Shown here: in pieces, positions 63,441 through 64,000 of the stretch | Position numbering within the stretch: the stretch's first letter is position 1 | Layout: each line of letters begins with the position of its first letter | Origin: Methylophilales bacterium | GTDB taxonomy: Bacteria > Pseudomonadota > Gammaproteobacteria > Burkholderiales > Methylophilaceae | Direction of reading: 5' to 3' | Assembly: GCA_021414145.1 (NCBI GenBank) | Contig: JAIOOY010000017.1 | Span: forward strand, 2,631-66,630 | Length of the DNA stretch: 64,000 nucleotides | Notes under the pieces: model-generated | What the model saw: the letters and a program-made list of their open reading frames with translations, nothing else | What the model was told of the DNA's origin: nothing | Databases searched by the model: none | Made by a program: the position numbers and the translations under genes

Positions 63441-64000
63441 TCAATTCTCCTTTTGCCAGCGTTTTGCCAAATCCAGCAAAATGGCATCACAAAATGCCGG
63501 CGCGAGCACTGTCACGCCGAATGGTAAGCCATTCGCTTGGAATCCTGCAGGAATGGCAGTCGCTACCATATCCAATAAATTCACAAAGTTGGTGTAATAA
63601 CCGAGATTAGAATTGTATTGAATGGGTTCTGCGTCAATTTCTGCTATGCGATAAATGGTTCCCGCTGTAGGAGTGAGCAAAACGTCGATGTCGTTCCATA
63701 TGGGTGCCACATGACGTTGCAAGGCTTTCAACTTATACAATGCCGCGTAGGCGTCGACAGCTGAAAACTTGGTTGCGCCGCCAATGATTTGGCGCGTAAC
63801 AGGGAGAAGTACGTCAGGTCGGGTTTCGATAAATTCGCGGATCGCCGCATAGCGTTCGGCAACCCAGGGACCTTCGTAGAGTAGGCGCGCAGTTTCTAAA
63901 AACGGTGCAAAATCCACGGTGACGGCCTCGCCCCCCAATGTTTTTAATTTCTCGACAGCTGCATTGAATAGTGCTGGTGTACAGGGGTTGCCGAAAAACT
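63441..64000 (-). CDS. Allophanate hydrolase amidase-signature part, C-terminal ~186 codons; the N-terminus lies beyond the right window edge
   Basis: The frame is open from the stop at 63441 to base 64000: my translation upstream of the track's TTG start continues ...[49 protein letters not shown] and LLTPTAG are typical of allophanate hydrolase. Confidence 0.8.
   Translation of the reverse strand, partial: FFGNPCTPALFNAAVEKLKTLGGEAVTVDFAPFLETARLLYEGPWVAERYAAIREFIETRPDVLLPVTRQIIGGATKFSAVDAYAALYKLKALQRHVAPIWNDIDVLLTPTAGTIYRIAEIDAEPIQYNSNLGYYTNFVNLLDMVATAIPAGFQANGLPFGVTVLAPAFCDAILLDLAKRWQKEN

Overview
Gene-dense chromosomal segment with about 75 protein-coding genes. I recognised no rRNA or tRNA genes, CRISPR arrays, transposases, integrases or prophage genes. 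The gene content suggests a betaproteobacterial methylotroph, possibly Methylophilaceae-like. This rests on two formaldehyde-activating-enzyme (Fae) paralogues, a complete N-methylglutamate (NMG) methylamine pathway, and the hda-perM/purM and kdsDC-lptCAB-rpoN-hpf-hprK-rapZ gene orders. It is an inference from gene content, not verified by any search.

Blocks, left to right:
- 1-12 kb: edge-truncated APC permease, hda, AI-2E permease, purM, two DUF3108-like genes, rsmB, ppx, phoU, rpiA, ilvA.
- 12-15 kb: ThiO-like flavoprotein and a CPA2 K+/H+ antiporter.
- 15-26 kb: kdsD-kdsC-lptC-lptA-lptB-rpoN-hpf-hprK-rapZ-EIIA(Man)-ptsH-ptsI-mutY.
- 26.8-33.2 kb: hopanoid cluster (hpnH, sqs, shc, hpnG, class-III aminotransferase).
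- 33-39 kb: SulP, DUF1993, a tightly coupled fae plus two small ORFs, doxX, ispH, purU.
- 39-46 kb: lysA flanked by two unlisted mini-ORFs (one lptM-like), an ApbE/NusG-II/Gx-transporter triad, gshB, gshA.
- 47-59.6 kb: the most interesting part. It reads fae2-mgdABCD-gmaS-mgsABC, then a 294-nt structured gap, then a transport module of three tiny membrane proteins plus an ethanolamine-permease-type APC transporter.
- 59.8-64 kb: XRE/cupin regulator, GNAT, amtB-glnK with a clear sigma-54 promoter and NtrC-like sites, and an allophanate hydrolase split into two ORFs.

I found no defence-island-like or mobile system. The best candidates for something undescribed are accessory genes attached to C1 and methylamine metabolism: the transport module, fae2 at the head of the NMG dehydrogenase genes, and the small ORFs coupled to fae.

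All functional calls come from reading the translations and remembering family motifs. No database search was run.
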